Position numbers and translations under genes: made by a program. A stretch of DNA of 64,000 nucleotides from the human T2T-CHM13v2.0 reference genome, Homo sapiens: the NCBI RefSeq assembly GCF_009914755.1, contig NC_060929.1; one strand, given 5' to 3'. The notes beneath the pieces are model-generated. The model saw only the letters and a list, made by a program, of their open reading frames with translations, made no database searches and was not told where the DNA came from. Position 1 is the first letter of the stretch, and every line of letters begins with the position of its first letter. This document shows, in pieces, positions 29,302 through 45,980 of the stretch.

Positions 29302-30739
29302 AAGGCGTTTTCTCCTACAGCAACCCGAGTAGACAACTTTTCCATTCCTTCTCATGAAATAGTTTTCACTCTTTAGAACCACATCTCCATTTCCAAAGAG
29401 TATTTGCTTTACATTTGCATAACTAAAAGGCTCAGTGAGATGACTTTCCAAGAACAAAGGAGCATTTTGTCTAAAGAAATACAGGATTTAAGTATCTGAC
29501 ACTTGAGAGTTAGAAACCACTTAGCTGCTTTCAACTGTCACTTTCTCTCTCCCCCCCACCAACCCCCACCCATCCCCATCCCCACTCCCACTCGAGTTTA
29601 TATCCATAAATATTTTTAAAAATCCTAGGGACAGTAGCTACCAGGACACTTGTAGCACTGGCCATACCAGCTTAGTAGTTTCTCACTCTTGGTTGCACAA
29701 AGTCCAGTAAATCACAAAACTCAAGTTTAATTGGGAGCTTTTTTCCTCCATATTTGAAAATTGTACAAATAGGAAACTAACAAAAAGGAGCAGTGTCAGA
29801 GGTTTATTTGTTTTAAAACAGCAGAATAGTATGCTTTGTAAGGTGTTTAGTAAACATCCTTTGACCTGAACATTGTTGACTCGAATACTGTATCACCTTA
29901 CAATTCCCACTGAATAGTCAAATAGAGATTACTGACTTCTCTGTAGCCTTTGTATTTAGATTGTACCAAAAATATATTATGTCTGTTTTCTTATTAAATC
30001 CTTAGGGAACTCTCTGCTACAGTGTTATCATCCTAATTCATAGAAGTGCAAACTGAGGCTGAATACATAGCTGCTACTATTACTACCACTACTACTACTA
30101 CCACCTCTGCTAATTCTCCCTATGAAATCTGTGTTATTTACATTGCACTATGCTTTCTTCTTTATGTATAAGAAGTGTTGTGTATAATGTAAGTTTCAAA
30201 AATAAATTATAATTCGTAGTTTACATAGTGGCTGTTAGTTGTCCAGAATCAATAAAAATTTACATATAATAGAACAGTTATATATGGGAAGTTAGAAAAC
30301 TTGGTGGTCCCTGTAAATCTCTGGAATTAACCATCTGGGCGACTTGGAGCCAGTCATCACTGGGGCCCAGGTTACTTATATGCAATTTAAGTAATGATGA
30401 TTACTAGTGCTTCTGTCTATGAAAAAGTCTATGACATTTATATATGTACTTTATCTCAAAAATACATGTCCACACTTTTTCAGTTCAAAACAAGTTATTT
30501 GTCTCAATACTGCATTTTTTTAAAAAAGTTACACCAGTTTGTGTCAGTCACATTACATCTCTGGACCTACTTTTGCCACCTATTAAAATAAAGGGATTGT
30601 ACCACGTTTTTTAGAGATTCTATAGGACTTGCTATTCCTAACTACTGAAACAAAACAGTTTGTCTATGTCATGAGAAACTGTCCTTAAAATTCATCACCA
30701 TTAAAGCATGAAACAGAAACACTTTAAAATACACAATTA

Positions 30740-31053
<314 letters not shown>

Positions 31054-32207
31054 GGAAAATTGAATGTTAAATTTTTTGTTGTTGAAATTCAAGTTTTATT
31101 TAGAATTAATAAAAATATAATTTTTTTGTTCTTTTTTTGCTGTTGTAAGAGGAACAGAACTAGTTCCTTTAAAGAAAAAGAAGAGAAAGCCTCTGTTTTA
31201 ATCTGAAGCATAGGTTGTCTCATAAAGTTTTGTGACAAAATGGCTGCACACCTCGTTTTGTAAATTTCATCTCCTCAGCCATGTCAGTTGCCTTCATGTG
31301 ACTTCATTATTTTTCTTATCTTCCCCAGTGAACCATATTAATAACTGATTATCCTACCCTGAAGATGTGTGAAGAAAACTGGGTGAAATTTTGACAGTAA
31401 CTTTTATTTAATGTAAAATAAAATATTTTTAATGACTTCCAAGAATTCAGAGATTAGGGGAGTTTCTTTAATTTGTATGGATTCTCCAAATGATTCTTCC
31501 TTGTTTCTGATTTGGTGAGAAATTTCATATGTGAAATTTCAACTGAGCACAGCATGGTACCGCTGCCAACATCTTTGACTTTGGCATTGAAAAATTGAGA
31601 TTAGTTTCCAGTGTTCTAAAAGGGCACTCCTATGATTCTGGAAACGTGCCACACACCTTTCTTTCGTGAAATGGATAGGTATCCGTTAATTAGACATTAT
31701 TATTAATGTCATGTTCAGCTGCATGCTAAAGGGCACAATGTGGAACTGAGGGCAGGAATGATGACTTTGATGATATATGGACAGTTTCATGAATTACTTA
31801 AAGAAAACTCTCTCTTTTTACCCTATTGCACACAATAATTAAAAGATAAAAAATAACTATGAGAAACTATAATAGGCCTAAGGATCAGGTTTGTTTTTAG
31901 CTTCCTTGTTTTTTGTTATTTGTCAACAGTGGTCAGAAGTCTCTGAAACACCGCACAGGTTTAAGAATCACACAATGTGAAGAGTTATGAATGTACTTAA
32001 TACCTGTTTGAAGGCCTCCTCACTAAATTTTTTAGGAATCTTATTTTATTTTTAGTTTTGATATGTTTCTTAACTCTAAAATTCAGCACCTTACAGGCAC
32101 AAAGAGGGAGAAAGTATTTTTAAGTGTGATAATCTCAAATGGTATGGATGTTTGGCCACAAAGTCTATGAGGGTTTGTTATCTAGCTAATGCTATATTGT
32201 GCCAAGG

Positions 32208-32452
32208 TAGAGTTTCCCAAAATACGTTCCATGATCTTCTAGTTCTTAGAAAAAGGAGAAGATTTTAGGTTCCAATAAGTTTAAGAAAAATATTTAGACG
32301 TAGGTAAACGTTTCTTATTCTAGAACATCTAAGAGTCTTAACTATGTGACTATGCATTATGAGTCTCCCACAGGAATATTTCACACATTTAGGTAAATCA
32401 TATTGTGCTCCTTGTCATGGAACATCGAGTGGGACTAGTTTGGAACACATGT
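32208..32452. mobile_element. hAT-Charlie-like MITE fossil (MER113-like)
   Basis: Terminal motifs AGAGTTTCCCAAA..GTTCCATG and CATGGAAC..TTTGGAACAC are roughly inverted. Confidence 0.45.
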
Positions 32453-33072
32453 TGGATGCCCTACATTAAGTGATTCATATAGCAGACATATGCCACAGTC
32501 CTTAACTTGAATAGACTTTTCAGAGAATAGATGCACTGAAGTGAAGTTCCCAGGTGTGATGATGTCAGTGTATCATGTTATTGTACATCATAACTGCATT
32601 AATGATCAACTAAAACTATAAAATCTTTGATGAAAACAATAGATACAACACACAGTTTTAACATACCTTAAAACAGTAAACATCCCTTCAAATACAACAC
32701 TTATCTCAGCTTTCTGATGGTTAGGGTACTAGAAGGGATTGGTCAATACAACTTACTGCATCTTATTTTGCAAACTCATGTGCGTAAGGATTTTACCGGA
32801 TTTGACTAATCCAGTAAAATCAGGAAGTATGTTCATCTGTGCATTGTCTTCTCCTGTGTTGCTATAAAGAAATGCCTGAGATTGGGTAATTTATAAAGGA
32901 AAGAGGTTTAGTTGGCTCATGGTTCTGCAGGCTATGCAAGCATGGTACCAGCATCTGCTCAGCTTCTGAGCAGGCCTCAGGGAATATTTACTTATGGTGG
33001 AAGGCAAAGTGGGAGCAGGCACTTCAAATGGTGAAAGCAGGAGCAATACAGGGTTGGGGAGGTGCCAAACAC

Positions 33073-33378
33073 TTTTTTTTTTTTTTAATTAATTATTTGA
33101 GACAAAGTCTCACTCTGTTGCCCAGGCTGGAGTTCAGTGGCATGATCTCGGCTCACTGCACCTCGACCTCCCAGGTTCAGGTGATTCTCCTGCCTCAGCC
33201 TCCCAAGCAGCTGGGATTACGGACACCCACCACCAGGCCCAGCTATTTTTATATTTTTACTAGAGACAGGGCTTCACCATGTTGGCCAGGCTGGTCTCGA
33301 ACTTCTGACCTCAAGTGATCCACCCACCCTGGCCCCCCAAAGTGCTGAGATTACAGGCGCGAGCCACCGTACCCGAAC
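33073..33378 (-). mobile_element. Alu SINE (AluS) inserted in MST LTR
   Basis: Full dimer. Degenerate TSD CCAAACACTTT/CCAGACGCTTT. Confidence 0.95.
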
Positions 33379-33924
33379 CCAGACGCTTTCAAACAATCAG
33401 ATTTCACAAGAACTCACTATCACAAACACAGCACTAAGCCATGAAGCATGTGGCCCCATGACCCAAACACATCCCATTAGGTCCCACCTTCAGCATTGGG
33501 AATTAAAATCCAACATGAGATTTGGGCAGGGATAAATATCCCAACTATGTTATTCCGTCCTGGCTCTTCCCAAATCTCATGCCATTCTCACATTGCAAAA
33601 TACAATCGTGCCTTCCCAACAGTCCCTCAAAGTCCTGACTTGTTTCATCATTAACTCAAAAGGCCGAAGTCTCATCTGAGACAAGGTACGACCCTTCCAC
33701 CTATGAGCCTGTATAATTAAAAACAAAATACTTCCAAAATACAATGCTACAATGTTATTTACTTCCAAAATACAATGTTATAATGAGGGTATAGGCATTT
33801 AGTAAACACTGTCATTCTAAAAGAGAGAAATTGGCCGAAAGAAGGGGGCTACTAGTCACATGCAAGTTCAAAACCCAGCAGGGAAGTCATTAAATCTTAA
33901 AGCTACAAAATAATCTCCTTTGAG

Positions 33925-34327
<403 letters not shown>

Positions 34328-36800
34328 TCATGGGTTGACGTTGAGTATCTGCCACTTTTTCATACTGAGGGTACAAGCTGCTGGTGGATCTGCCATTCTG
34401 GGGTCTGGAGGATGGTGGCCCTCTTCCAATAGCTCCTAAAGGCAGTGCCAGAGTGGGGACTCTGTGTTGGGCTTCAACCCCACGTTTCCCCTCTGACTCT
34501 GTCCTAGTAGAGGTTTTCTGTGAGGAGTGTGCCCCTGCATCATGCTTCTGCCTGAGCACCCAGGCTCTCTGATACATCCTCTGAAATCTTTGCAGAGCCT
34601 GGCAGGCCTCCACTGTTACACTCTGTGTGCCCACAGGTTTAATGCTATGTGGAAGCTGCCAAGGCTTATGACTTGACTTCTTTAAAGTGGCAGCTTGAGC
34701 TGTCCCTGGGTCCCTTTGAGCCCCAGCTGGAGCTTGAGCAGCTAGGATGTTGGAAGCAGTATCTTGAGGCTGCGCAGCTCAGCAGGGCCCTGGTCCTGGC
34801 TGTGAAATTATGTGTTTCTCTAGACCTCTAGGTCTATGATGGGAGGAGCTGCCATGAAGTTCTCTAAAATACCTGCAAGGTCTTTTTCTCATTGTGTTGG
34901 TTTATTCCTCTGCCACATGGCCAGGCTGCAAATTTTCCAAACTTTTGTGCTCTACTTCCGTTTTAAATATGTGTTCCAAATTTTAGGTCATTTGCTTGCA
35001 CATATGAGTGTAGGTTGTTGGAAGCAGCCAAGTCACTTCTTGAACCCTTTGCTTCTTAGAAATTTCTTTTAGATAACCTAAATCATCACTCTGAAGTTTA
35101 AACATCCACAGATCCCCGGGGTATGAACAGAATGCAGCCAAACTCTTCGCTAAGGCACAACACATGTGATCTTAGCCCCAGTTTCCAATAACATCCTCAT
35201 TTCCATCTGAGACCTCATCAGCCTGGACTTCATTGTTCGTAAAAGCATTTTGGTCACAACTATTTAACCAGTCTCCGAGAAGTTCCGAACTTTTGCTCAT
35301 CTTCCTGTCTTCTAAGCCCTCTAAATTCTTTCAACCTCTGTCTGTTACCCAATTCCAAAGCTGCTTCCACATTTTCAGGTACCTTTATAGCAATACCCTA
35401 CTTCTTAGTGCCAATTTTCTGTATTAGGCCATTCTTGCATTGCATAAAGAGATACCTAAGGCTGTGTAATTTATAAAGAAAATAGGTTTAATTGGCTCAT
35501 GGTTCTGCAGGCTGTACAGGGAGCATGGTGTTGGCATCTGCTTGGCCTCTAGGGAGGCCTCAGGAAGCTGACAATCCTCACAAAAGGTGAAGAGGGAACA
35601 GGAACATCACATGACCAAAGCAGGGGCAAGAAAGAGTCAGGGGAGGCGCCAAACACTTTTAAACAGCCAGATCTTGTGTGAACTTAGAGTGGGAGCTCAC
35701 TTATCACCAAGGGGATGGCCCAAGCTGTTCACGAGGGATTCACCCTCATGATCCAAACACCTCCCATCAGGCCCCACCTCCAACACTGGGAATTACAATT
35801 CAACATGAGCTTTGGGTGGGAACGAACCTCCAAAGTCACCCGTCTGCACGTGAATAAATAATTATGTTAAATCAAATAATCTCAAATAAATAATTGTCTT
35901 TAATATTTACATAAGAAATCATCTGCCAAACTTACATATTTAGAAGATTGCTTTAGCGAAAAAATGATAATGATTTGAGATTAACAGCTCAAATATATGC
36001 TTGTAAATATTGGACTGCTAATAGATTGAGAATACTTGAAAATGGACACCTTTCCTGGCAATTTTTCCCTGTTTTCTTGTAATAACCCTGCCCCTGAAAT
36101 ATACATATATATTTATGGTGAAAAATTTGGGACAATGTGTTCCACTGAAAGAATCCCATAGGAAGGTTGTGGGATTCTTCAAGCGAAAGAATACATATGC
36201 CATATATGTAATTTTTATTTACATCAAAGACATTTGGGAATACACAATATGATTTTATGCAACCTAGCATGTGCATTCTCAGATCACCTATTTTCTCATA
36301 TAAATTACTACCAAAACGCACATCAGTACTTTTGTTTTCAGAGCCCTGTGTGTGAAATACAATGAAAAAAAAAAATTGGAATCCCTAGTTTTTAAGGGCA
36401 CTCCTAATACGTATACAATTATTTATTTTTTAGGGCAGACTGCATTTACAGTCATGTTTTTGCCTGTGAAGTAGAATGTATATATTAGGCCTCTTTTGCT
36501 CATACATGTTATGTAAGTAATTTCAGCCTGGGTCAAGGAACCAAGAATGAGTGAAAGATAAGATGTAAAGTTCTTCCTAGTGTAGGCCTGGCACATGGTA
36601 CACCCTTCATCAGCATATGTCTGTGATCATCCACTGACCTTCCCCTTTGCCCAGTTTTCTTTTTCCTATATGTAGAGGTGAAGGGGGAAAAAGGTTGTTA
36701 AAAATGTAGTAGTGACCATTTCCTATCTCCATCCCTCAGCTTTAAAATGTGAAGCCTTTTATTTTCATTTCAAAAATATGTATTTAGTTTCTGCCTCTTC

Positions 36801-37106
36801 TTTTTTTTTGGAGATGGAGTTTCACTCTTGTCACCTAGGCTGGAATGCAATGGGCAATTTCGGCTCACTGCAACCTATACCTCCTGGGTTCAAGCGATTC
36901 TGCCTCAGCCACCCGAGTAGCTGGTAGCTGGGATTATGGACATGTGCCACCACACCTGGCTAATTCTTTTGTATTTTTAGTAGAGACGGGGTTCCACCAT
37001 GTTGGACAGGCTGGTCTCGAACTGCTGAGCTTATGTGATCTGCCCACCTTAGCAACTCAGCCTCCCAAAGTGTTGGGATTATAGGCATGAGCCACTGTAC
37101 CTGGCC
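36801..37106 (-). mobile_element. Alu SINE (AluSq/Sp-like)
   Basis: GAGTTTCACTCTTGTC...; flanked by TATTTAGTTT at 36781 and 37111. Confidence 0.93.
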
Positions 37107-37169
37107 CCTTTATTTAGTTTTTTAAATAAGTAAACTTATTTCAAATTTAAATAAGTTGTAAATAACTAA

Positions 37170-37499
<330 letters not shown>

Positions 37500-38269
37500 A
37501 ACTAAACTTATTTCTAACAAATAAGTTATAAATAAGTCGTTAAAATGAAAATAAGTTATTTCTAAATTTTATTGTAAAGCAAGATTAATTCAATGACTGT
37601 TGGAAATATTTTTAAACATTTTATTAGTGAACTCAAAGTGCATGAGGTTTTGGTTTCTTTTCTTCTTTTCTTTTTTATTTATTTATTTTTCTGCATCTGT
37701 AATTAATTCGGGATTAATATTGCAAGCAGTTGCTTAGAAAGTAAACACGAAGTCTCCAGACCTCTGGAATTTGGTCCTGCTTCTTGCCTGCTGTGCAACC
37801 TGCATGACTTAGATAATGTCTCTGACATTTACATCTGTTGAATGAGGGAATTTTTTCAAGGCTCTTTCTAATTCCCAAATTTAATGATGTAACCCTTCTG
37901 AAATCAGTTTGCCCTATGCAGAGGAAATCTATATATTCTTTGGCCTGTTCACCTATGTTGGCTACTTTTAAGGAAAGTGACAAAAATCAGTAGATGATTC
38001 AAATTAAACATTAACATTACTATAAAATAAGTAAGAATACTTACCCTAATGATAGTATAATTACTAAGAGATGTTTATTTTACAATAATATTGTGGCTAA
38101 TGGGGTAGAGAAATGGTGAAGCAAAATACCTAAATTTTAAGTAAATGTCAGCAAGTTGCAGTTTACTTCATTGGGTAAACGGCACTGAGCCCGAATGCTG
38201 TAATGTAATAACTTAATCTCAAAGGTGCGCACCTCTTATTTTTAGTTTTTCTGCATAGAAAAGACTTAA

Positions 38270-38633
<364 letters not shown>

Positions 38634-40141
38634 TGCAAAGTTACTTTTACGCGTTCTTTGCCAGAAAGCAACAGTGTAGGGATAAAAAAAGACACAGGGA
38701 TCTATTAAATTATACTTATTTTTTTGTTGTTGTTGTTTTGTTTCATGGAATGTGTATGCATATTCTGAGAATAGAAAACTCACACACAGCATGTAACCTT
38801 TTCAACTTTCCAAAGATTAAAAAACACACTGCATTGCTTTATTGCGTTTTCCCGCATCAAGGGACATATTTCAGTCGAAAAGGGCAAACCAGGAAATTTA
38901 CTCATGAAAACCAATTTATATAAGCATATGAATAGTATAACTATTCCCATAGTAAGTCTGGTATTCATCTTGAGAACTCTTGGGGACACACGAGTAATCC
39001 TCAGTGCAACTTCAATTTAGTCTGTGTTTAAATATAGAAAGGGCATGAAGTTTGTCCTGGATTTTTTTATTATTATTATTTTCTCTCTGGTATCAAATCA
39101 ACCAGTGTGATGGCCTGTGAACTCTTTCAGCATTCTCTCTGCAAAATCAGAGTGTGACAAGGTGTCAGCATTGACAGATCCGTAGTGGAGATTGAGCAGA
39201 CCTGAATTAATAAAGGTCAAAACTGTCAACAGGAGGAGTGCCTGGTGGCATGTGGGTACTTGCTCCTAAACAGCATTTGAAAAGCGAAAAGTGGCTCTGG
39301 AACAGACCCCAAGGCACCTGGACAAGCCAGGAATTTCCTGAGAATCATCTTTAAAATAAATTCTCACTCAAATAATTTTTTAAATGTCCTGCATTTCTTC
39401 TCCTCTCTGTCCTTAAATGCTCAAAAACGTCTCTGTCTCAAAGGAAACAAAGGTGTTACAATGAAGGAAATGATAGTTTTTATGGGATCCTTATAGAAAG
39501 CAATCTCCATGTCTGCATGTAAGCAAAGTTCCTTGCACACCTCCATCCTTATCCCTGCCTCCTTTTCCCCTCTGCTATCTTTATGATGTTTTCAAAGCAA
39601 TTTGTAGAAGCAAAGTGCTTTTGCTCTGTACCGCATAATTTGGCCATTGATTTTATTTTGCCTGTACCATTATCTTATCATTTGGTGTCAGTTCCACCTC
39701 TTAAGCAAAATATCTAAGAAACAGAGAGGGGATATCTTACATTTCTCTTACACACCCTGGAATGTTAACTGAGTCCACGTATGTACTCAGTTCAGAGGAG
39801 ATAATCTCACTTGAGTTGATGGGGAAAGAACTTTATATTAGTTATATTTTGGGGGGGAAATTAACATTTTTTTCAGCCCTTCAAATGTATTCTTCAAAAT
39901 TGCAAGAGTGTCAATGTTGCTTCAAAATAAATAAAACCATTTTGTACTTCTATAGGAATAATGAAAATGTGTGACATAAGATTTTCTGGAAGACTTGGAT
40001 TTTTCTATAAAGTTTTCTTATTGGAGCTATGTTTGCTAGCTTTCTTGTCTCTTGATCTTTTATTTAAAGAGCACATCTGGATTCTATGACAGGGAAATAT
40101 ATCTCTATGTTTCCAAACTCTGCCAGTCTTTAGGCTGATTT

Positions 40142-40199
40142 TGTGTGGTGTGTATGTGTGCATATGTGTGTGTGCGTGTGTGTGTGCATGTGTGTGTGT
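40142..40199. repeat. Imperfect (TG)n microsatellite
   Basis: Directly visible. Confidence 0.9.
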
Positions 40200-40519
40200 T
40201 GCTCTGTGACTATCACTTCACGAAGCCCAATTTTTTGTGTGTGTCTTTTTTTTGTTTAAATGATTATACTGGAGTTTTATTTTTTAAATTTTTTAATTTT
40301 AATTTTTAATTTTTTATTATACTTTAAGTTCTAGGGTACATGTGCACAACGTGCAGGTTTGTTACATATGTATACATGTGCCATGTTGGTGTGCTGCACC
40401 CATTAACTCGTCATTTACATTAGGTGTATCTCCTCATGCTATCCCTCCCCGCTCCCCCCACCCCATGACAGGCCGCGGTGTGTGATGTTCCCAACCCTGT
40501 GTCCAAATGTTCTCATTGT

Positions 40520-42234
<1,715 letters not shown>

Positions 42235-42297
42235 TATGACGTTAGCTGTTTATTTTGCTCACTAGTTGATGCAGTTTCTTCATAGTGTTGATGGTCT

Positions 42298-43323
42298 TTA
42301 CAATTTGGCATGTTTTTGCAGTGGCTGGTACCTGTTGTTCCTTTCCATGTTTAGCGCTTCCTTCAGGAGCTCTTTTAGGGCAGGCCTGGTGGTGACAAAA
42401 TCTCTCAGCATTTGCTTATCTGTAAAGGATTTTATGTCTCCTTCACTTATGAAGCTTAGTTTGGCTGGATATGAAATTCTGGGTTGAAAATTCTTTTCTT
42501 TAAGGATGTTGAATATTGGCCCCCACTCTCTTCTGGCTTGTAGACTTTCTCCCGAGAGATCCACTGTTATTCTGATGGGCTTCCCTTTGTGGGTAACTGG
42601 ACCTTTCTCTCTGGCTGCCCTTATCATTTTTTCCTTCATTTCAACTTTGGTGAATCTGACAATTATGTGTCTTGGATTTGCTCTTCTCGAGAAGTATCGT
42701 TGTGACGTTCTCTGTATTTCCTGAATTTGAATGTTGGCCTTCCTTGCTAGGTTGGGGAAGTTCTCCTGGATAATATCCTGCAGAATGTTTTCCAACTTGG
42801 TTCCATTCTCCCCATCACTTTCAGGTACACCAATCAGACGTAGATTTGGTCTTTTCACATAGTACCATATTTCTTGCAGGCTTTGTTCATTTCTTTTTAT
42901 TCTTTTTGCTCTCAACTTCTCTTCTCGCTTCATTTCATTCATTTGATCTTCAATCACTGATACCCTTTCTTCCACTTGATCGAATTGGCTACTGAAGCTT
43001 GTGCATGGGTCACGTAGTTCTCGTGTCATGGTTTTCAGCTCCATCAGGTCATTTAAGGGCTTCTCTATGCTGTTTATTCTAGTCAGCCATTCATCTAGCC
43101 TTTTTCCAAGGTTTTTAGCTTTTTTACGATGGGTTCAAGTATCCTCTTTTAGTTTGGAGAAGTTTGTTATTACCAATCGTCTGAAGCCTTCTTCTCTCAA
43201 CTTGTCAAAGTCATTCTCCGTCCAGCTTTGTTCCGTTGCTGGTGAGGAGCTGCATTCCTTTGGAGGAGAAGAGGTGCTCTGATTTTTAGAATTTTCAGCT
43301 GTTCTGCTCTGGTTTCTCCCCAT
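42298..43323 (-). pseudogene. Frameshifted L1 ORF1
   Basis: MGRNQSRTAENSKNQS... (43135-43323) and ...NEQSLQEIWYYVKRPNLRLIGVPE...ARREWGPIF...YPAKLSF (42298-43044) are separate ORFs. Confidence 0.93.
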
Positions 43324-43903
43324 CTTTGTGGTTTTATCTACCTTTGGTCTTTGATGATGGTGACGTACAAATGGGGTTTTGGTGTGGATGTCCTTTCTTC
43401 TCGTTAGTTTTCCTTCTAACAGTCGGGACCCTCAGATGCAGGTCTGTTGGAGTTTGCTGGAGGTCCACTCCAGACCCTGTTTGCCTGGGTATCACCAGCA
43501 GAGGCTGCAGAACAGCAAATATTGCAGAACAGCAAATATTGCTGCCTGATCCTTCCTCCGGAAGCTTCGTCTCAGGGGGCACCCACCTGTATGAGATGTC
43601 AGTCGACCCCTACTGGGATGTGTCTCCCAGTTAGGCTACTTGGGGGTTAGGGACCTACTTGAGGAGGCAGTCTAGACAGACTCAGATCTCAAACTCTGTG
43701 CCGGGAGAACCACTACTCTCTTCAAAGCTGTCAGACAGGGACGTTTAAGTCTGCAGAAGTTTCTACTGCCTTTTGCTCAGCTATGCCCTGCCCCCAGAGG
43801 TGGACTCCACCTCTGCAGAGGCAGGCAGACCTCCTTGAGCTGCAGTGGGCTCCACTCAGTTCAAGCTTCCCAGCCTCTTTGTTTATCTACTCAAGCCTCG
43901 GCA

Positions 43904-44230
43904 ATGACGGATGCCCCTCTCCCAGCGTTGCTGCCACCTTGCGGTTTGATCTCAGACTGCTGTGCTAGCAGTGAGCAAGGCTCTGTGGGCGTGGGTCCCT
44001 CTGAGCCAGGCAGAGGATATAATCTCCTGGTGTCCCGTTTGCTAAGACCATTGGAAAAGCGCAGTCCTAGGGTGGGAATGTCCCGATTTTCCAGGTACTG
44101 TCTGTCACGGCTTCTCTTGGCTAGGAAAGGGAATTCCCCAACCCCTTGTGGTTCCCAGGTGAGGCAATGTGCTGCCCTGCTTTGGCTCACACTCGGTGGG
44201 CTGCATCCACTATCAGACAAGCCCCAGTGA
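43904..44230 (+). CDS. L1 antisense ORF0-like open frame (108 aa; expression unknown)
   Basis: ATG at 43904 gives MTDAPLPALLPPCGLISDCCASSEQGSVGVGPSEPG..., resembling recalled L1 ORF0 (MAGAPPPASLPPCSLISDCCASNQRDSVGVGPSEPG...). Confidence 0.45.
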   Translation: MTDAPLPALLPPCGLISDCCASSEQGSVGVGPSEPGRGYNLLVSRLLRPLEKRSPRVGMSRFSRYCLSRLLLARKGNSPTPCGSQVRQCAALLWLTLGGLHPLSDKPQ

Positions 44231-45980
44231 GATAAACCCAGTACCTCAGTTGGAAATGCAGAAATCACCTGTCTTCTGCGTCGCTCATGCTGGGAGCTAT
44301 AGACTGGAGCTGTTCCTATTCAGCCATCTTGCCATGATGCCCAGTTAACTTCTAAATTATTTGAGCTGAAAACAAAAATAGCTACAAAGCTACCTATGTT
44401 TTGCTTGAGAAATATGACACAGACATACTTTAGTTTTACCCCTCATGTTTACCCTTGCAAAAGGCAGCCTAGAAGTAACCAAATTCCCTCCACCCCTCAA
44501 AATTTTACTTTTTCTCCTATAAATGACTATTAGACAATATTCTTCAGTAAGTATTAGTTTGAGAATCACCAATATAGCAAATACATTTTCTTCATTCTCT
44601 AACTGCTAGAGACAGTGTACTAATTAGAGGAAAGCATGAACTAAAATTTTTTTCTCTACGTATTTACCAGATTGTTTTAATGCCAGGATCTTTTCCAGCT
44701 TTCTTTTTTGCCTCAAGACTTTTATCCCTGTTTGACAACATCCTAGTAAAAGTTAGACAATCTTGTTTCACTACCATTTGGATAGGATCATTGTTTTGTA
44801 AAATGGAACCATCTAAAGATGCCATCTAAGTGACTTTAAATAAAATTGCAATCCAAAAGCTTATTTGTGATTTTCTTTTTCTTTTTTAGTGTATTAAGCT
44901 CTCATGGGACGAAAATGTTAAAACACGGTATGTTCTATAACTACTCTTTTACACCTTTTATCTTATAGGTAATCATTATCTAAAATTAAATTGGCTAAGT
45001 GATTTTTTTAATGGCATAGATTGTATTTTCTCTCATAAGCACCTTTACAAAGTTAGTTTCTTATGGAAAAGTCAGACAGTATTATTAGTAACCAGTTACC
45101 ATGCAATCTGGTTCCAATGAGATAGTTGGTAAACAATTAGGCTGTGTTGTTAGTAAAATCCTGAAGACTCTCAGATGTCCAAATCATTGTATAATGAAGA
45201 GTATGAAATTTTCTAGAATGTAAAAGACTAACCTGTTCCACTGTACATAGTGAAAAATGAAGGATATTAAACTGAGAGAGAACATTTTTAAATGTCTATA
45301 ATAATACCTTTTTTCTTAAATAAGGCACTCTCTTGATAAATAATCATAGATTTTAATGAAGAAAAAACTGATACCTGATGGAAGAAAAAATATTCATAAT
45401 CTTATCAATGTCAGTATTATGTGACGTGAAATATCTCTAGCTTTTTTATTTACCCACATAAATTTGTGTGTATATAAATATTAGATTGCCTTTTTGAAGA
45501 TTATGATTTTAAATTTTATATTCAAAGCCTATATTTATGTTTAAATACATAGGTTATTCAAGCCCCTATGTTGTTAAATATTTTTTTATAAAGTAAGGTT
45601 TTTAGTTGACTGTGCAATATTTGGCGTTTTATTTTTTAAAAAAACATAATATTTGGGTATTTTAAATTATATCTATTTTGCTATCATCAATAATGTTCTG
45701 ACACTTATATAACAAAATTACATCTTCATGCATAACTCCACTTTATTTTTAACCCTTTAGACTAATTTCCTGTAGATAAAAATTGTAACATCTAGGTCAT
45801 TTACATTTTTAGTTTGATAAACATGGGCATATTATACAGCAAAATGTTGATCCAACTTTCACAGCCTCACCAATTTATGATCCTCTCAATGTTTGTATTC
45901 AGATCTATTTCTTATACTATATTCATTTTTATATTTTGTGTGTCATTTATTTTTCTTGTACCCATTTTACTATTGAAGTG

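Noticed and set aside
31519-31540. 9-bp inverted repeat GAAATTTCA-tatg-TGAAATTTC
   Set aside because: Short and AT-rich; plausible by chance in 64 kb.
43506-43542. 17-bp tandem repeat GCAGAACAGCAAATATT in the L1 5' UTR
   Set aside because: Older L1PA consensus sequences, as I recall them, already have an imperfect repeat here.
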